From Marsupella aquatica (lineage: Eukaryota > Plantae > Marchantiophyta), in the NCBI GenBank assembly GCA_973895155.1, contig OZ316891.1, positions 7,805,808-7,869,807 on the forward strand: a stretch of 64,000 nt of DNA, read 5' to 3'. A program made the position numbers and the translations under genes. Shown here in pieces: positions 61,171-64,000 of the stretch (positions are counted from its first letter, which is position 1; every line of letters starts with the position of its first letter). The notes under the pieces were generated by a model that was not told where the DNA came from, did no database searches, and worked only from the letters and a program-made list of their open reading frames with translations.

Positions 61171-64000
61171 CATCTGAAGGAGGAGTCCATGTAACTGGTG
61201 CGCTCAAGATTGGGGCTATTGGTTGGCCATTGTGCTGCCCAAGATCCTCAAATTTGCGCAATGCAGCCACCAAAGGTCCATGGGCTGCTTGGAGCCGTTG
61301 TACCACCTCTGGTTGATGATCCACGTTGCTGGAAAGTGCTACTATACGTGCAGCAGCATGTGCAGTAGCCACCTCATCATCATCCTCCTCAATCCAATCC
61401 CGCAATGGGTGGTTGACATAGGTAGCTGTGTGCACTGCTTTCAACACACAGTGGTGAGCCATAGGTGTATGGGCACCATGCAAATCAAGTGGAATGTAGC
61501 CCAAGTGTGAGCCATCCGTATGCCAATCAACTCTGTAGTATGCATGCTCATGCCAGTTGTCAATGGTAAAACCTGGTGGGAACAAAGCCTCCTGGCCAAT
61601 GAGCACATCATACGTAGTGGCACATCTGACTGGGAAATGCAATTCCTGATCTGTACCTCCATTAAAAGTGAGAGTGAGTAAAGTAGAACTCTCACCCAGC
61701 ACATCCTCCATAGTGCCACTAGTAGTTTGAATGTGCCACTTGGATTGCTATAAATGATCAGTCAACAATCCCGTCTTCTTGGCAAACTGAATGCCCAATA
61801 TCACTGGTTGAGCACCTGTGTCTAGCATGACCACCTGAGGAGTGTGACCCTCTAACTTGACCACTGAATTCCTGTTATCAACAATGGCAATGGTTGTGGA
61901 AACTAAAGTCCTGTCACTAGGCACCACTCTCGGCAAATGATGAGGTACCTTGTGAAGGGAGTTAGTGTCCACGGTCTTTCCACTCAACAACATAGCCAGG
62001 AAAGATGGAGCAGCATGACCAGAAACAAGTGTAGCTCTGGTCACACAATCAGCAGCAATCGGTACTGGGGCAGCCAAACCAGTGGAAACATGTAAAGGAG
62101 AAGAAGAAGGTCCAGTATGTACATGAGATTGGACCTCCAAAACCGGTGTCACAGGGGCTGATGAAGAATGCAGTGAACCCTCTAGCGCTTTGAGGACAGC
62201 TCTAGCATCCAGCTGTAAATCATGGCAACTGAAAAGTGGAGTTGTAAGAATCCTTTGTGCCATACCGGAGGTGAAATGCTCAAGCAGCTCAGGAGAAACA
62301 ACTCCCTATGAAATGTCAGCAGCACCTGGTGGTGGAATGGATGTAGCTACAGCTCCCTCCCCCCTCGCCAACAAGGTGTGCTCTTCAGCAAGTGTGAGTG
62401 GCTGAAAAGATTGGGGCATGACAGCCTAAGCTCCCGTGGCTCTAGTCATAGGACCGGCAGCAAGACTATCAGCCTGTACAATGCGGCGTGTGGGAGCAAT
62501 ACGGGAGGCAGCACTGGCCTGCTGGTAAGCAAAATAGGAAGGGCAGAATGAATTTGAAAATTATGCTGTAAGGCCAGGCTGTGTAGCAGAGGACAGCACA
62601 CACTCACCCATATGAGCATCAAATGGCAAGCCATAGAAAGAGCGGGGTAGAGGTGCTGAACTGTCAGTGGTGCCGGGGCCAGGGATGGGTTGCACGTGAC
62701 CAGCCGGGTGAGAAGGACCAGCAGAGGCAGGTGACTTGCCTTTGATGTTGGCAAGTTGGGCACGTAGGGACTCAACCTCATGAGTCAGAGACTGGAGTTG
62801 AGTTGCCTATGCGTTGTGAGCCTCGTTCTGAGCTGGTTGCTTCTATTGCTGCTTGGGCGGTTTGTTGGCACTGGGTGCTTTGCCACTGGAAGGAGGAGCA
62901 GTTGATGCAGTAGGAGCCCTCCTAGTTGGTGGGGTAGTGGAAACAGGAGCAAGATGAGTGGCCTGTTGTCGTAGCTGCTTCCTCTCTGGGAATTTGGCAA
63001 AACAAACTGCCTCCAAGTGGCCCACTTTTCCGCAAAAATCACAAGACAGGTCCTCAGCAACAATATCACATTCATTAGCCTTGTGATTAGGATTGCCACA
63101 GTAGTTGCAAGATGACAGCATGAAAGCAGCATGTGCTGGTTTGGTCTTGGAAGCATACTGTGGCACACGGGAAGGGGTGGCCATTGTAGGGGCAACAGCC
63201 TGGTACCTGGATCGCGGTGGACGCGCAATACTGGCCTCATAATGTGCATGGGCCAACTCAAGTTTCTCAGCAGTGTCATAGAAATTGAGCAATGAGTAGC
63301 TGTCTCCAAACTTTGAGAATACTTGCTGCAACACTTGTGAATGGAGAGCTGGTGTGCCCTCCAATGCGCGAAGATAGCGATGAGCAGCTTCCAGGTTAGT
63401 GATGCTCTAGGTGTCCTCCTTCAGCTTAAGAAGCCGGCGATACATCATCTTCAAGGTTTCATCGCGCTGCCTCACAAAGGTCGCCAACTGCATGATTTTG
63501 TCAGCACTCTTGATTGGGAATTCCAATTCAAGAACCTGGAAAAACTCAGCCATTGGATCAGCAAAGGCAAGAGAATCAATGGTGGGAGAAATGCCTGATG
63601 TAGCCTGTGCCAAGACAGTGGGAGTAACTAGCGCAGTGGTAGGAACTGGAGTAGGAGGGGAAGTGGCAGGAGCAGCAGCATGGGCTACAATGGCATTCTG
63701 TAAGGCCAATTGTGAGGCTGCCGCAATTGCACTGGCATAGGTAGGGTTAGGCAACTGTGTGACAGCAAGCAGCCGTTGAGAGTGCTGCTCATACACATCT
63801 AAAGCCTCATGGTGCACATACCTGGCTAGCTGCTTAAATGCAAAAGAATTTGTGAAATTGTTGCCGTACTTCAACTCCAATTCGTAAACGACAGTGTAGA
63901 AAGTGGATTTGAACTCACGTAAAGAAACAGTGCCTGGCCGCCCGCTGAAGCGTTCAATGCGACCAGATGAGTGGCTGGCGTCCATGCTGTATGTCGGTGA

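Larger units (their letters stand above)
56897..63985 (-). pseudogene. Single-frame Gag-PR-DNMT-RT-RH-INT-PHD polyprotein (2,362 codons) interrupted by 13 premature stops, with no frameshifts
   Basis: The listed ORFs starting at 63985, 63364, 62263, 61711, 60910 and 58237 are all in one frame. Manual translation of the gaps keeps that frame to TGA at 56897-56899. Zinc knuckles CNYCGNPNHKANEC and CDFCGKVGHLEAVC (~63109-63000); protease VMLDTGAQPVILG (~61820). Confidence 0.9.
55425..64000 (-). mobile_element. Ty3/Gypsy LTR retrotransposon carrying a C5 DNA methyltransferase and a PHD finger; 5' LTR and PBS lie beyond the window end
   Basis: Domain order Gag-PR-(DNMT)-RT-RH-INT is Gypsy-type. 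RT: KRMCGDYRPLN, DRYPMP, DLRQGFNQI, MPFGLKNAP, YIDD. RNase H: HTDWS, YEGECLAVVW, YTDHQPL, NADTMSR. Integrase: HHCC, WSCDL, TDQGSEF, GLAERMV. A PPT and a putative LTR lie downstream. Confidence 0.95.

Overview
Eukaryotic, intron-containing plant DNA. Gene content and TE types suggest a non-seed land plant such as a liverwort or moss (inference). Five host genes can be built from GT-AG junctions: complex I PSST/NDUFS7 (-), a ~3,845-aa SMG1 kinase (-), an intronless U1-70K (+), a RecQ6/WRN-like helicase (+) and a WPP-domain-associated coiled-coil protein (+). They are separated by TE remnants and tandem repeats. The stand-out is a minus-strand Ty3/Gypsy LTR retrotransposon (55425 to beyond 64000). 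Reading through its stop codons, the fragmented ORFs join into ONE frameshift-free reading frame of 2,362 codons: Gag (2 CCHC knuckles) - protease - DNMT3-like C5 cytosine methyltransferase - RT - RNase H - integrase - PHD finger. The element thus carries both a DNA-methylation writer and a chromatin reader. This copy is disabled by 13 in-frame stops, all compatible with C>T/G>A transitions typical of methylated DNA. All domain calls come from motif recognition by eye; no searches were run.
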